Assembly: GCA_022616395.1 (NCBI GenBank)
Contig: JAKEEV010001071.1
Coordinates: forward strand, 1 to 32,286
Reading direction: 5' to 3'
Length of the DNA: 32,286 nt
DNA from: Planctomycetia bacterium
GTDB taxonomy: Bacteria; Planctomycetota; Planctomycetia; Gemmatales; Gemmataceae
Made by a program: the position numbers and the translations under genes. This document shows positions 18,341 to 29,998 of this stretch, in pieces (within the stretch, counting starts at the first letter, position 1; each line of letters opens with the position of its first letter). A model generated the notes under the pieces. It had not been told where the DNA came from. It saw nothing but the letters and a program-made list of their open reading frames with translations, and did not search any database.

Positions 18341-20809
18341 TCACTCCACCGGGCAGGGTTTCGCGTTCCAGATGTCGCGTGCGTATTCCGAGATGGTGCG
18401 GTCACTGGAGAACTTCCTGGACCGCGCGACGTTATGAATCGACTTCGTCGCCCACGCTTGCCGGTCGCCGTAGAGCGCTGACACCTTCTGCTGAGTCTCC
18501 ACGTACCCCGTCAGGTCCGCCAGATGCATGTAGTAATCCCCCTTCGCCAGCAGTGTTTCGCGAATCGGCTCGAAGATGCCTGGTTCAGCGGCGCTGAAAT
18601 GGTTGTCGAAGATCAGGTCCAGAGTCGCGCGCGTCTCCGGTTCGTTCTCGTAGTGCCACGTCGGGTTGTACCACCCGCGGCTGTTGATGACCTGTTCGGT
18701 GGTCAGGCCGAACATGAAACAGTTCTCTTCGCCGGCCTCCTCCGCGATCTCGATGTTCGCTCCGTCGCGTGTTCCTACCGTCAGCGCGCCGTTCATCATG
18801 AACTTCATGTTGCTCGTGCCGCTCGCTTCGTAACCAGCGGTTGAGATTTGCTCGGACACGTCCGCGGCCGGGATCAGATGCTCGGCGAGCGTGCAGGAGT
18901 AGTTCGGCAGGAACTCGACCCGGAGCTTTCCGCGCGTCGCGGGGTCGGAGTTCACTCTCTTCGCGATGGATGTGATGAGTTTGATGATGACCTTCGCCAG
19001 GCGATACGCCGGCGCTGCCTTGCCCGCGAACAAGACCGTTCGCGGAGGAAGATCGAGCTTGGGATTTGTCCGGAGCCGGTTGTACCACACGATGCACTGA
19101 ATTGCGTTGAGCAACTGCCGCTTGTACTCGTGGATTCGCTTGATCTGCACATCGAAGAGCGAGTCGGGATCGAGGGAGATTCCCGCGTTGGACTTCAGCC
19201 AGTCCACGAACCGCACCTTCGCTCCGCGCTTGGCCGCGAGGAACTTCCCGCGGAAGCCCGAATCCTTCGCGAGTGCATCGGCCTTCTTGAGCGCGGAGAG
19301 GTCTGTTACCCACTCATCGCCAACGGCATCGGTGAGCAGTTTCGCCAGGTCGGGATTGGCCAGAAGCAACCAGCGCCTCGGAGTCACGCCGTTGGTCTTG
19401 TTGTTGAAGCGATCCGGGAACAGTTCTGCGAAGTCGGATACTGTCTTGGTGCGCAGCAACTCAGAGTGAATCGCCGCGACTCCGTTGGTGCTGTGCGTGC
19501 CGACTATCGCCAGGTTCGCCATGCGCACTTTGCGCGTGCCGCTCTCCTCGATCAGGCTGACGTGGGCCAACTTCGCTTCATCGCCGGGGTACTTTGCCTG
19601 CACGTCGTTCAGGAACCGACGATTGATCTCGTAGATGATCTCCAGGTGTCTGGGAAGTAGCGCCTCGAATAGCTCCACTGGCCACTTCTCCAGCGCTTCG
19701 GGCAAAAGGGTGTGATTGGTGTACGCGAGCGTGCGGATTGTCAGGTCCCACGCCTGATCCCAGCCGAGTTTCGCTTCGTCCAGCAGGATTCGCATCAGCT
19801 CGGGAACGGCCATCGCCGGGTGCGTGTCGTTCAACTGAATCGCGACCTTGTCCGGCAGAGCGGGCCAGTCGTTTCCGCGATCCCGGAACCGATGCACGAT
19901 GTCCGTCAGCGAGCAGCGAACGAGGAAGTATTCCTGAATGAACCGCAGCGACCGGCCGCGCGGAGTGGAGTCGTCCGGGTAGAGAACGCGAGTCACCGAT
20001 TCGGCCAGCACGCGATCCGAAACCGCGCCGAAGAAGTCCCCGCTGCTGAACTCGCCGAAGTCGAACACGTCTGGAGTCGCGGCTTGCCAGAGACGCAGAG
20101 TGTTGATCGTTTTTCCTCCGTAACCCACGACCGGGCGGTCGAACGGGATGCCGAGGAAGTGCATCGGTTGTCCGCGGCGAACGTTGATCTGTCCGCCCTG
20201 GACCGCGAATGACGAAGCGAGCGGAACCGACACCTGATCCGCCGGACGGGGCACTTCCCACGGGTCGGGCCGATTGAGCCACGGGTCGGGGTGTTCGACC
20301 TGCTGGCCGTTGACAAGCTCCTGGCGGAAGATGCCGTAGTCGTAGCGCAAGCCGTAGCCGATGGCCGGAATCAGGAGCGTGGCCAGCGAGTCGATGAAGC
20401 ACGCGGCCAGTCGGCCAAGCCCGCCGTTGCCCAGTCCCGCGTCCGGTTCGGTTTCCAGCACCTGCTTCCAGTCCTGCCGCGGATCGGACTGGAGATCGTC
20501 GCGCACGAACTGCTCGACGTCCAGGTTGATGATGTTGTTGAGGAGCGACCGGCCGATCAGGAACTCCATCGAGAGGTAATACACCTGCTTGGGGTTTGCG
20601 CGGTCGTAGGTCTCCGCGGTCTTGATCCAGCGCTGAGTCAGGAGGTCGCGGAGCGTGCGCGCAACCGCTTCAAATCGCTCGCGCTGAGTTGCCGAGGCCA
20701 TCTGAACAACATGATCGAACACCACATGCCGGTCGTAGTAGTCGCGATCGGGAAAACGGAACCCATTGCACTCGTAACGGTCGAGCAGTTCGGGCTTCGC
20801 GGTGGTCAT
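18341..20809 (-). CDS. glgP: Glycogen/alpha-glucan phosphorylase (GT35)
   Basis: YYLSMEFLIGR, GLGNGGLGRLAACF, QLNDTHP, YTNHTLLPEALE, TNGVTPRRW, IKRIHEYKRQ, PLP site EASGTSNMKF. Start MTTAKP at 20809 (GGAG SD). Confidence 0.97.
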   Translation of the reverse strand: MTTAKPELLDRYECNGFRFPDRDYYDRHVVFDHVVQMASATQRERFEAVARTLRDLLTQRWIKTAETYDRANPKQVYYLSMEFLIGRSLLNNIINLDVEQFVRDDLQSDPRQDWKQVLETEPDAGLGNGGLGRLAACFIDSLATLLIPAIGYGLRYDYGIFRQELVNGQQVEHPDPWLNRPDPWEVPRPADQVSVPLASSFAVQGGQINVRRGQPMHFLGIPFDRPVVGYGGKTINTLRLWQAATPDVFDFGEFSSGDFFGAVSDRVLAESVTRVLYPDDSTPRGRSLRFIQEYFLVRCSLTDIVHRFRDRGNDWPALPDKVAIQLNDTHPAMAVPELMRILLDEAKLGWDQAWDLTIRTLAYTNHTLLPEALEKWPVELFEALLPRHLEIIYEINRRFLNDVQAKYPGDEAKLAHVSLIEESGTRKVRMANLAIVGTHSTNGVAAIHSELLRTKTVSDFAELFPDRFNNKTNGVTPRRWLLLANPDLAKLLTDAVGDEWVTDLSALKKADALAKDSGFRGKFLAAKRGAKVRFVDWLKSNAGISLDPDSLFDVQIKRIHEYKRQLLNAIQCIVWYNRLRTNPKLDLPPRTVLFAGKAAPAYRLAKVIIKLITSIAKRVNSDPATRGKLRVEFLPNYSCTLAEHLIPAADVSEQISTAGYEASGTSNMKFMMNGALTVGTRDGANIEIAEEAGEENCFMFGLTTEQVINSRGWYNPTWHYENEPETRATLDLIFDNHFSAAEPGIFEPIRETLLAKGDYYMHLADLTGYVETQQKVSALYGDRQAWATKSIHNVARSRKFSSDRTISEYARDIWNAKPCPVE

Positions 20810-20829
20810 CGCGGCGTCTCCGAATGAGT

Positions 20830-20941
20830 GTAGGACAGGCTTCCAGCCTATCATTTGAAACAAACAGGCAAGATGCCTGTCCTACACGATGACAGGTGTC
20901 CAGCCTGTCCTACAGGAAGACAGGTGTCCAGCCTGTCCTAC
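20830..20941. repeat. Cluster of four GTAG-type REP units (one forward, three reverse)
   Basis: GTAGGACAGGCTTCCAGCCTATC; ACAGGCAAGATGCCTGTCCTAC (20864-20885); two identical GACAGGTGTCCAGCCTGTCCTAC (20891-20913, 20919-20941). Confidence 0.9.
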
Positions 20942-20950
20942 GTCGCCCCA

Positions 20951-23407
20951 TCAGTACGGCCATTTCCAGTTCGCGGCTTCGGGCTTATCGACACCGTGTT
21001 CGTGTGCGTAGTTCACGCACTCGATCTGCATGTTGCGGAACTTCTCCTTCGCGTGGGCGCCAGCAACCTTGAGTCTCGGCACACGGTTAATCACGTCCAT
21101 CGCCAGAGTGAAGCGATCAATCTCGTTCTGAATCGCCAGCTCCAACGGCGTGTTGATGTTCCCCTTCTCCTTGTACCCACGCACGTGCAAGTTCGGGTGG
21201 TTCTTCCGCCGATAGGCAAGCCGGTGAATCAACCACGGATAGCCGTGGAACGCGAAGATAATCGGCTTGTCCACCGTGAACAGCGAATCGAAGTCGCGGT
21301 CGGAAAGCCCATGCGGATGCTCGGTGTCCGGCTGGAGCTTGAACAGATCGACCACGTTGATGAACCGCAGTTTCAGGTCCGGGAACTCCTTCCTCAGCAT
21401 GTCGCTCGCGGCGAGTGCTTCCTTCGTCGGGATGTCACCGGCACAAGCTATCACCACATCCGGTTCGTGCCCCTGGTCCGTACTCGCCTTCGACCAGATG
21501 CCCACGCCCTTGGTGCAGTGAGCAATCGCATCGTCCATGCTCAGATACTGCAAGTGATTCTGCTTGTCGGAGACAATCACGTTGATGTAACCCTCGCTCT
21601 GCAAACAGTGGTCCGCGACCGACAACAGCGAGTTCACATCCGGCGGCAGGTAGATGCGCGTGACCAGAGCGCTCTTGTTACACACCACATCGAGGAAGCC
21701 CGGATCCTGGTGAGTGAATCCGTTATGGTCTTGCCGCCAGACTGTCGAGGTGATGAGCAGATTCAGAGACGCGATCTTCGCGCGCCAGGAGAGGTGGTTG
21801 CAGATGGTCAACCACTTCGCGTGCTGATTGAACATCGAGTCGATGACGTGAGCGAATGCTTCATACGTGCTGAAGAACCCGTGTCGGCCGGTGAGCAGGT
21901 AGCCTTCGAGCATTCCCTCCAGCGTGTGCTCGCTGAGCATCTCGATGACGCGACCATCCGGGGCCAGTTCGGTTCCATCGGCGTCTTCGGGGAAGTATTC
22001 TTCGAGCCAGAGTTTCTTGGACACCTCGTAGATCGCGTTGAGCTTGTTCGATGTATTCTCATCGGGACCAAACACGCGGAAGTTCTGCATGTTCGCCTTC
22101 ATGACATCGCGCAGAAACACACCGAGCGGTCGGCAGTTCTCGGCCTCGGTCGTGCCGGGCTTCTCGACCTTGATGCCATACTTGTGGAAGTCCGGGATCC
22201 GAAGAGCTTTCTTCAGGTGCCCGCCGTTGGCGTGCGGATTGGAACCGATGCGACGAGTGCCGGTTGGCGCGATGGCCTTCAGTTCGGGTTTGAATCGCCC
22301 TTGCGCGTCAAACAACTCCTGAGGCTTGTAACTGCGCATCCAGTCTTCGAGTTGCTTCAAGCGGGCAGAATCTTTCTTTACGTCGGCCATCGGTACCTGG
22401 TGAGCGCGCCAGCTTCCTTCCAGCTTGTGCCCGCCGACGTCTGCCGGGCTGCTCCATCCCTTTGGAGTGCGCAGAACGATCATCGGCCAGCGCGGGCGGA
22501 ACGGCTTGCCGGAGCTTCGCGCCTCTTTCTGCGCGGCATGAATATCCGCAACGCACTTGTCAAGAGTCGCGGCCATCGCCTGATGCATCGTCTCCGGGTC
22601 GGAGCCTTCCACGAAGTACGGCGTCCATCCGGTTCCACGGAAGAACGCTTCGATCTCGTCGTGTGGAACTCGTGCCCAGATCGTGGGGTTGTTGATCTTG
22701 TAGCCGTTGAGGTGAAGGATTGGCAGCACCGTGCCGTCACGGACGGGGTTGAGAAACTTGTTGATGTGCCAGCTTGTCGCGAGCGGGCCGGTTTCGGATT
22801 CGCCATCGCCAACGACCGCCGCAACGATCAGCTCCGGGTTATCGAACGCGGCTCCGCAGGCATGCGACAGAACGTAACCGAGTTCGCCGCCCTCGTGGAT
22901 CGAACCGGGCGTTTCGGGCGTGCAGTGGCTACCGATTCCGCCGGGGAAGGAGAACTGCTTGAAGAGCCTCAGCAGCCCCTCCTCATCCTCGCTACAGTCG
23001 GGGTAAATCTCGGAGTACGATCCTTCCAGATAGCATGGACTGAGTACGCCCGGAGCACCGTGCCCCGGTCCAGCCATGAACAGCACGTCGAGATCGAGAG
23101 CTTTGATCACGCGGCTCAAGTGGATGTAGCAGAACGCGAGGCCGGGACTGGCTCCCCAGTGGCCGAGCAGCCGGTCCTTGACGTGTTCGGGCTTCAGCGG
23201 CTCCTTCAACAGCGGGTTGGCCTTCAGGTAGGTCATTCCCAGCGCGAGATAATTGCTCGCGCGCCAGAACGCGTCAATCTTCCGAAGTTCATCGGCGCCA
23301 AGCGGTGTGCCCGCGACCGTGGACCGGGCTTTTCCAAACGCGCTGATTGAGGTTGACGCCTGGCCAGCGGCCGAGGGTGCTTTCGGAGCGGCAATCGTCG
23401 GTGTCAT
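20951..23407 (-). CDS. xfp: Xylulose-5-phosphate/fructose-6-phosphate phosphoketolase
   Basis: [23 protein letters not shown] motif [39 protein letters not shown]. Start MTPTIA at 23407 (GAGG SD). Confidence 0.96.
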   Translation of the reverse strand: MTPTIAAPKAPSAAGQASTSISAFGKARSTVAGTPLGADELRKIDAFWRASNYLALGMTYLKANPLLKEPLKPEHVKDRLLGHWGASPGLAFCYIHLSRVIKALDLDVLFMAGPGHGAPGVLSPCYLEGSYSEIYPDCSEDEEGLLRLFKQFSFPGGIGSHCTPETPGSIHEGGELGYVLSHACGAAFDNPELIVAAVVGDGESETGPLATSWHINKFLNPVRDGTVLPILHLNGYKINNPTIWARVPHDEIEAFFRGTGWTPYFVEGSDPETMHQAMAATLDKCVADIHAAQKEARSSGKPFRPRWPMIVLRTPKGWSSPADVGGHKLEGSWRAHQVPMADVKKDSARLKQLEDWMRSYKPQELFDAQGRFKPELKAIAPTGTRRIGSNPHANGGHLKKALRIPDFHKYGIKVEKPGTTEAENCRPLGVFLRDVMKANMQNFRVFGPDENTSNKLNAIYEVSKKLWLEEYFPEDADGTELAPDGRVIEMLSEHTLEGMLEGYLLTGRHGFFSTYEAFAHVIDSMFNQHAKWLTICNHLSWRAKIASLNLLITSTVWRQDHNGFTHQDPGFLDVVCNKSALVTRIYLPPDVNSLLSVADHCLQSEGYINVIVSDKQNHLQYLSMDDAIAHCTKGVGIWSKASTDQGHEPDVVIACAGDIPTKEALAASDMLRKEFPDLKLRFINVVDLFKLQPDTEHPHGLSDRDFDSLFTVDKPIIFAFHGYPWLIHRLAYRRKNHPNLHVRGYKEKGNINTPLELAIQNEIDRFTLAMDVINRVPRLKVAGAHAKEKFRNMQIECVNYAHEHGVDKPEAANWKWPY

Positions 23408-23454
23408 TTCAGAGTTCCTCTCGGAAGTAAGATGTCGGTCTTTGGCTCTGGGCT

Positions 23455-24402
23455 TCACTCGGGGCGATCCAGTTCATCGAGTGCCTGTCGGATGACACCG
23501 GCACTGGCGCGCAGTTGCGTCTGCTCGGTCTGGCTCAGTGGCAGCGGGAAGGTTTCGATCACGCCCGATCCGCCAACCAGTCGAGGAAGGGCGACCGTGA
23601 CGTCTTTCACCCCGACCACATCGGGTGTTGGAGCACACACGGTCAGAATCGAACGCTGATCGTGTAGCACCGCGTCCACGATCCGGGCCAGAGCGCTGCC
23701 AATGCCGTAGTACGTTGCACCTTTGCCGCTGATGATCGTGTAAGCAGCGCGCCGAACTTTTTGGTCGATGTCGGCACGGACGGTTTCGGAGAGATCCACT
23801 CCTCGGAGTTTGGCGAACGCCTCCAGCGGCATTCCTCCCACCGACACGAGCGACCACGTGAGAACCTCGGAGTCTCCGTGTTCACCGACCACATATCCGT
23901 GAATGTGGTGAGCATCGACCCGACAGTGTGCTCCAAGCAGAGTGCGAAAACGAGCCGTGTCGAGCGTGGTGCCGGAACCGAACACTCGGCCGGCCGGAAC
24001 TCCAATCTCGGAGGCGAAGCGGGCCGCGAGGTGAGTCATCACGTCAACCGGGTTGGTCGCGACAATCACCACCGCGTCGGGAGCGTGCTTCAGGACGGCG
24101 GGGACGACTTCGCGGAAGACCGCGGAGTTGCGTCTCAACAGTTGGAGCCGAGTTTCTCCGGGCTTCTGCCCGACTCCAGCGCAGAGCACAACCGCGCGGC
24201 AACCCACAAGATCGGGGTAACTGCCTGCGCGCACCTCAAGCGCGTGAGCGAACGGAACAGCATGGCGGATGTCGTCTGCTTCGGCTGCGGCTCGGGTTTC
24301 GTTCTTGTCAACGAGCACGATCTCGCGACCTACTCCCCGCATCACCAGGGCATAAGCCGCGGTCGAGCCGACCAGTCCGCTCCCCACCACGGCGACTTTC
24401 AT
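23455..24402 (-). CDS. ldh: L-lactate dehydrogenase
   Basis: VVGSGLVG, substrate loop [14 protein letters not shown] (Gln = LDH type), [28 protein letters not shown]. Start MKVAVV at 24402. Confidence 0.95.
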   Translation of the reverse strand: MKVAVVGSGLVGSTAAYALVMRGVGREIVLVDKNETRAAAEADDIRHAVPFAHALEVRAGSYPDLVGCRAVVLCAGVGQKPGETRLQLLRRNSAVFREVVPAVLKHAPDAVVIVATNPVDVMTHLAARFASEIGVPAGRVFGSGTTLDTARFRTLLGAHCRVDAHHIHGYVVGEHGDSEVLTWSLVSVGGMPLEAFAKLRGVDLSETVRADIDQKVRRAAYTIISGKGATYYGIGSALARIVDAVLHDQRSILTVCAPTPDVVGVKDVTVALPRLVGGSGVIETFPLPLSQTEQTQLRASAGVIRQALDELDRPE

Positions 24403-24424
24403 CGGTGCATCCTCGTGCGATTTC

Positions 24425-24492
24425 TTGAGTTGGAGTCCCGGCTTTAGCCGGTCCTTGAGCGAAGACCGCCTGAAGGCGGGACTCCAACTCAA
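24425..24492. repeat. REP-like doublet (TGGAG-type)
   Basis: TTGAGTTGGAGTCCCGGCTTTAGCCGGTC ... GACCGCCTGAAGGCGGGACTCCAACTCAA. 16-bp perfect outer arms, each arm with an internal hairpin. Confidence 0.88.
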
Positions 24493-24539
24493 AGCTCACA
24501 CTTCGCCTCAGCGTTCTCGTTGTGGTCGGACTTGTGGAG

Positions 24540-25190
24540 TTACTTGGTCGCGATGCCTTTTTGTTTGGCGAACTCCGCCTTGGTGTTCTCATCAATGAAG
24601 AAGTGCGTCTGCCCGCCGTGTTCGAGCGTGGCACCGGCGGCGAACTTCGGGAACTTGACCTTCGCGATGGGATCCTCGGCGAACTCCGCCTTGTCGAACA
24701 GTTCACTCTCGTGGATCTGAATGTAAAGCTCAATGAACCCAACAATCCGATCGTCGAGCCACCTGGTTAACCCGTTCGCGTCGAGGGCGGCGATTGGAGT
24801 GCTGAACTCGGCGTGAGAGTCGAACTTCCACAGCACCGGCACGATCTTGAGGTCGTATTCCACCACCACGTTCTTGAGTTCCCGGTCTGGGGCAACCGAG
24901 AACGTTAGCGTGATGTAGGCTTTGGGAGAGCGGAACTCGAACCGCGCTGATCTTCGGGTCTCGGACACCGAAGGAGTGACCGAGACGCGCTCGCCTGCAC
25001 GCTTGGCGAGCGCTTCGAGCCGGGGTTTGGCAAGCTCCACGACCTTCGCCTGTGCTTTCTCGTACTCCTTGAGCAACGCGTGCCGTTCCTGGAAGTGCTT
25101 GAGTTCCGTCTCCTGCTGCTGTTTGGCTTTCGCCTTCACTGCCGTGATTGCCCCGTCGATACGGGCCACCAACTCGTTGACGTCACTCAT
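24540..25190 (-). CDS. Hypothetical protein with N-terminal coiled coil and C-terminal YHS-like domain
   Basis: AAGGAG SD. C-terminus AEDPIAKVKFPKFAAGATLEHGGQTHFFIDENTKAEF follows the YHS pattern (DPV..., GxxYxF...F). Confidence 0.75.
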   Translation of the reverse strand: MSDVNELVARIDGAITAVKAKAKQQQETELKHFQERHALLKEYEKAQAKVVELAKPRLEALAKRAGERVSVTPSVSETRRSARFEFRSPKAYITLTFSVAPDRELKNVVVEYDLKIVPVLWKFDSHAEFSTPIAALDANGLTRWLDDRIVGFIELYIQIHESELFDKAEFAEDPIAKVKFPKFAAGATLEHGGQTHFFIDENTKAEFAKQKGIATK

Positions 25191-25258
25191 GGAGTTTCTC
25201 CTTGGGGGATATGCTTCTGACTTCTCGGGTGATTTGCCAATGGAGCGGACCGACTACC

Positions 25259-25273
25259 GCAGTCTTCGTGCCG
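25259..25273 (-). promoter_or_regulatory. Candidate sigma54 (-24/-12) promoter for the long minus-strand gene run
   Basis: CGGCACGAAGACTGC against consensus TGGCACG-N4-TTGC, with exact GG-N10-GC spacing, about 70 bp upstream of ATG 25190. Confidence 0.5.
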
Positions 25274-25506
25274 AGTCCGCGCCACTGCCCGGATTATCCG
25301 CGTCTGTGCTGTTGGTGCAAGTGCCCAAACTGCTCGTTTTCATCCAGTGAGTCGGGATTCGTGCTCACTCATGCGAGCTTCCCAATGCCGAACCCGCACA
25401 CCACTGCGAGAATATGGCACAGTGAAGTCTCGAGGCGTTACAGTTGCGAGTCAGTGGCGAAGGGATTGAATTGCGTGCGTCTTGGCGCGAAGTGTGAGAA
25501 ACACAA

Positions 25507-25549
25507 CCGCCTCACGCGGACTCTCACATTGGAGTTCCGCGTGAGGCGG
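25507..25549 (-). terminator. Probable intrinsic terminator of the 25583..27112 gene
   Basis: Perfect 14-bp arms CCGCCTCACGCGGA / TCCGCGTGAGGCGG, followed on the minus strand by TTGTGTTTCT. Starts 33 bp after the stop codon. Confidence 0.7.
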
Positions 25550-25582
25550 GAGGAGGCAGACTCAAGCCGGGGCTTCGACGAA

Positions 25583-27112
25583 TCAGAGACCCAGGAGCTT
25601 CTTCGCTTCATTGAAGCCAGGAGCGGGCTTGCCGAACTCGCTCGCTGTTACGCGAGCCAGCGCGACCAGTTGCCGCCACCGGAATGCGGTCCGAGTAGTG
25701 GCGAACTCTTCGGTCGCGGTGCGGTAATACTTCTCGGCGTGAAGCGCTCCGTCCTCGCTCACTCCGTATCGGACGAGCACATCGAGCAACCCGCGAGCCG
25801 GGTGGCCAGCTTCACCGTACTTCTGAGCCGCGGCCGCTGCGACACCCTGGTTCCCGGCCTTGATCGCGTCCTCGACCTGTTGAAGCAGAGTCTTCGCTTC
25901 GGGCGTCTTGATCTTCTCCAGTTCGGGCGTGTGGAAGGGTTCCTTCATCTGCCCGCCGTGTTGCCCGGCCGTGTGGTACGCGCCCACAATCAGACTGGCG
26001 ATGGCGTTCCTCTGGTTGCTCACGCGTGCGATGTTCCTCCAGGCGTTCGCGGCATCAGAAGCGTGCAGCCCGACCGAGTCGCCGTGGACGCTCCCCTTCG
26101 GCTTGGCCGCCCCATCCCCTTGAGTTCGGCCGGGGTCATTGAGAAGCAGTTGGTTCGCAGCGAGGTTGATCGCGTCACTGATCGACGACGCGGAGAATCC
26201 TTCGACAATCGCGGCAGCACACGCATCTGCCGCCTTTTCGCGCCCTCCGCTGTAGATCACTTTCGCCAGCGACTCAACCCACGCGTCGTCCCCTTCACGA
26301 GTGCCGAGTTTCTTCCCAGTTAACTTGTGCTGATCGAGAAGCTTCGGCAGCAGGGTCTGGATGGGGATGGCTCGTCCGCCGCGGTTCTCGTTGCAGCAGA
26401 ACAGAACCGTCTGGCGAAGCAGCGTGTGAGCGTGTTCCTTGCCGGTGAAGTCGAGAGTTGCCCACGCCCGCCACGCGAGAACCACCCGGTGAACGTTCAC
26501 ATCATCCGCGACGCAATACATGGCATGGTTGAACGCATCCTCCGGGCCGTCCTGTGCGAGGGTGGCGAAGATCCCCTCGGCCGTCTTCGGTTCGTTCTTG
26601 CGTGTGAACTCCTGGAGCACTTCGCCACCGACTTTCCCTTGGGGCACCGGAGTCGGTTTGACCGGGCGCAGCGCCTCGTTCTTGCGTCCGCCCTTCGCCT
26701 GAATGTGAGTCGCGTTGCGATAGAGTACCTTGAGAACCGGCAGCGGGCGTTGAGCTTCGGGCAGTTCCTTCGCCATCTCGAACGACGGCGCGAGGGCCAT
26801 GAAGGTGTGGTAACCCTCGTAGTGCTTTCCGCCGAACGAGCGGGCGTTCGCGAGCGCGCCGGCCGCGACCAGCGTGCGGAGATCGGTGCCGTCCTTCAGT
26901 TTCTTGACCAACACGGCCATGAGCTTGTTCGTTGGCGTTTCCTGAAGCAGAGCTACGAGCGGTTCGAGTTTGCCGAAGTCGAGTGTGTCGGTCCCCTCCG
27001 CGGCGAAGGATGGTGCGAGGCCGAGGTCGCTGGCGACCGTGGCACCAACGCTGGCGACCAGCATTCCGCGGCCCACATCGGCGAGAAACTCACGTCGGGT
27101 GTTCGGAACCAT
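25583..27112 (-). CDS. Tat-exported alpha-helical hypothetical protein with recurring His motifs
   Basis: Twin-arginine motif TRREFL plus hydrophobic stretch; AGGAG SD; His motifs YHTFMAL, VHRVVL, AHTLLRQ, VHGDSVGLHASD, LHAEKYY. Confidence 0.85.
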   Translation of the reverse strand: MVPNTRREFLADVGRGMLVASVGATVASDLGLAPSFAAEGTDTLDFGKLEPLVALLQETPTNKLMAVLVKKLKDGTDLRTLVAAGALANARSFGGKHYEGYHTFMALAPSFEMAKELPEAQRPLPVLKVLYRNATHIQAKGGRKNEALRPVKPTPVPQGKVGGEVLQEFTRKNEPKTAEGIFATLAQDGPEDAFNHAMYCVADDVNVHRVVLAWRAWATLDFTGKEHAHTLLRQTVLFCCNENRGGRAIPIQTLLPKLLDQHKLTGKKLGTREGDDAWVESLAKVIYSGGREKAADACAAAIVEGFSASSISDAINLAANQLLLNDPGRTQGDGAAKPKGSVHGDSVGLHASDAANAWRNIARVSNQRNAIASLIVGAYHTAGQHGGQMKEPFHTPELEKIKTPEAKTLLQQVEDAIKAGNQGVAAAAAQKYGEAGHPARGLLDVLVRYGVSEDGALHAEKYYRTATEEFATTRTAFRWRQLVALARVTASEFGKPAPGFNEAKKLLGL

Positions 27113-27125
27113 GAACGTACTCCTG

Positions 27126-27226
27126 GGTAGGTCCCGCGAGCCGAGCGGGACGCCTGGGTAGGTCCCGCGCGCCGAACGGGACTTGAAGGAAAGGAAGAGT
27201 CGTCCCGCTCGGCTCGCGGGACTACC
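27126..27226. repeat. Three REP units of a GGTAG family (two direct, one inverted)
   Basis: GGTAGGTCCCGCGAGCCGAGCGGGAC, GGTAGGTCCCGCGCGCCGAACGGGAC, then GTCCCGCTCGGCTCGCGGGACTACC. Confidence 0.88.
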
Positions 27227-27243
27227 CCCAGAACGCGGGGGCG

Positions 27244-29085
<1,842 letters not shown>

Positions 29086-29109
29086 GGGTTGTCCTCGGCG
29101 GGTTTGAGA

Positions 29110-29198
29110 AGCGCAGAACGTGGAATGCGGAACAGAAGACAAAACGCTCGCCGTGTATTTGGTTTTCGTTCCGAGTTCCGCGCTCCGAGTTCCGCGCT
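29110..29198. repeat. Imperfect palindrome built from GCGGAAC/GTTCCGC-like heptamers
   Basis: AGCGCAGAACGTGGAATGCGGAAC ... GTTCCGAGTTCCGCGCTCCGAGTTCCGCGCT. Confidence 0.75.
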
Positions 29199-29331
29199 AC
29201 TCATCGGGCGCCATTCTAACGCCAGCGCGTTACACGATCTGCGTTCCGCGAGTTTTCCATCGACAGTCCGTTCCGCGCCGGGCAAACTGAATTGTGTCTT
29301 CAACATCACCCCGCGAAGCTCCTGGTAAGCC

Positions 29332-29958
29332 ATGAGTGAAGCACGGCCGAGCGCGATCGGCGAAGTCGCCTCCTCATCAGGAGGCACGTCCCGCGGCCTG
29401 CTCCAGCGCGCTCGTGAGCATGACCCCGGCGCCTGGGAGCGAATGGTCGCGCTTTACGCGCCGCTGGTTCTGTACTGGTGCCGGCAGTGGGGATTGGGAG
29501 AGGACGACGCGGCGGATGTCTTTCAAGATGTGTTCCAGTCCGTCGCGGCCCATATCGCGGGGTTCCGGCGGGATTCGTCCGGTGGCACGTTCCGCGGTTG
29601 GTTGAGAACAATTACGCGGAACAAGGTGAACGATGTGTTCCGTCGGCGCCTGCGAGAGCCGCCCGGAGTTGGCGGGAGCGAAGCCCAGACCGCGCTGGCT
29701 CAACTACCGGAGCCAGCTTCGCTGGACGAGGACGGTTCGGCTGATGTGGCCGTGTCGGCGCTCATGCGGCGCGCTCTGGAGTTGATTCGATGTGAATTCG
29801 AGACCCGAACCTGGCATGCGTTCTGGCTAACGGTGGTCGAGAGTCGTGCTCCGAAGGATGTCGCGGCTGAGTTGGGAATGTCTGACGGCGCGGTGCGAGT
29901 CGCGAAGTCGCGTGTGCTTCATCGCCTCCGGGTGGAACTCGGGGACTGCGGGAAGTGA
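29332..29958 (+). CDS. ECF RNA polymerase sigma-70 factor, kinase-associated
   Basis: TSRGLL.R..DPGAWERMVALYAPLV, DAADVFQDVF, FRGWLRTITRNK, sigma4 DVAAELGMSDGAVRVAKSRVL. Confidence 0.92.
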   Translation: MSEARPSAIGEVASSSGGTSRGLLQRAREHDPGAWERMVALYAPLVLYWCRQWGLGEDDAADVFQDVFQSVAAHIAGFRRDSSGGTFRGWLRTITRNKVNDVFRRRLREPPGVGGSEAQTALAQLPEPASLDEDGSADVAVSALMRRALELIRCEFETRTWHAFWLTVVESRAPKDVAAELGMSDGAVRVAKSRVLHRLRVELGDCGK

Positions 29959-29998
29959 GCAATCTCGGATGAACGCACACCGATTCCCGCACCGCGAG

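Noticed and set aside
20864-20941. Possible mini CRISPR array
   Set aside because: Linkers are only 5 nt, the units match the GTAG REP at 14267, and no cas genes are present.
20855-23350. 831-aa plus-strand ORF antisense to xfp
   Set aside because: Shadow ORF from high-GC codon bias. It starts inside a REP and shows no recognisable motifs.
24403-24492. ORF-track N-terminal extensions of ldh, glgP (20810-20863), the heme kinase (29086-29142) and DUF1501 (31292-31423)
   Set aside because: They are translations of intergenic palindromes. Downstream ATGs match family N-termini and most have SD sequences.
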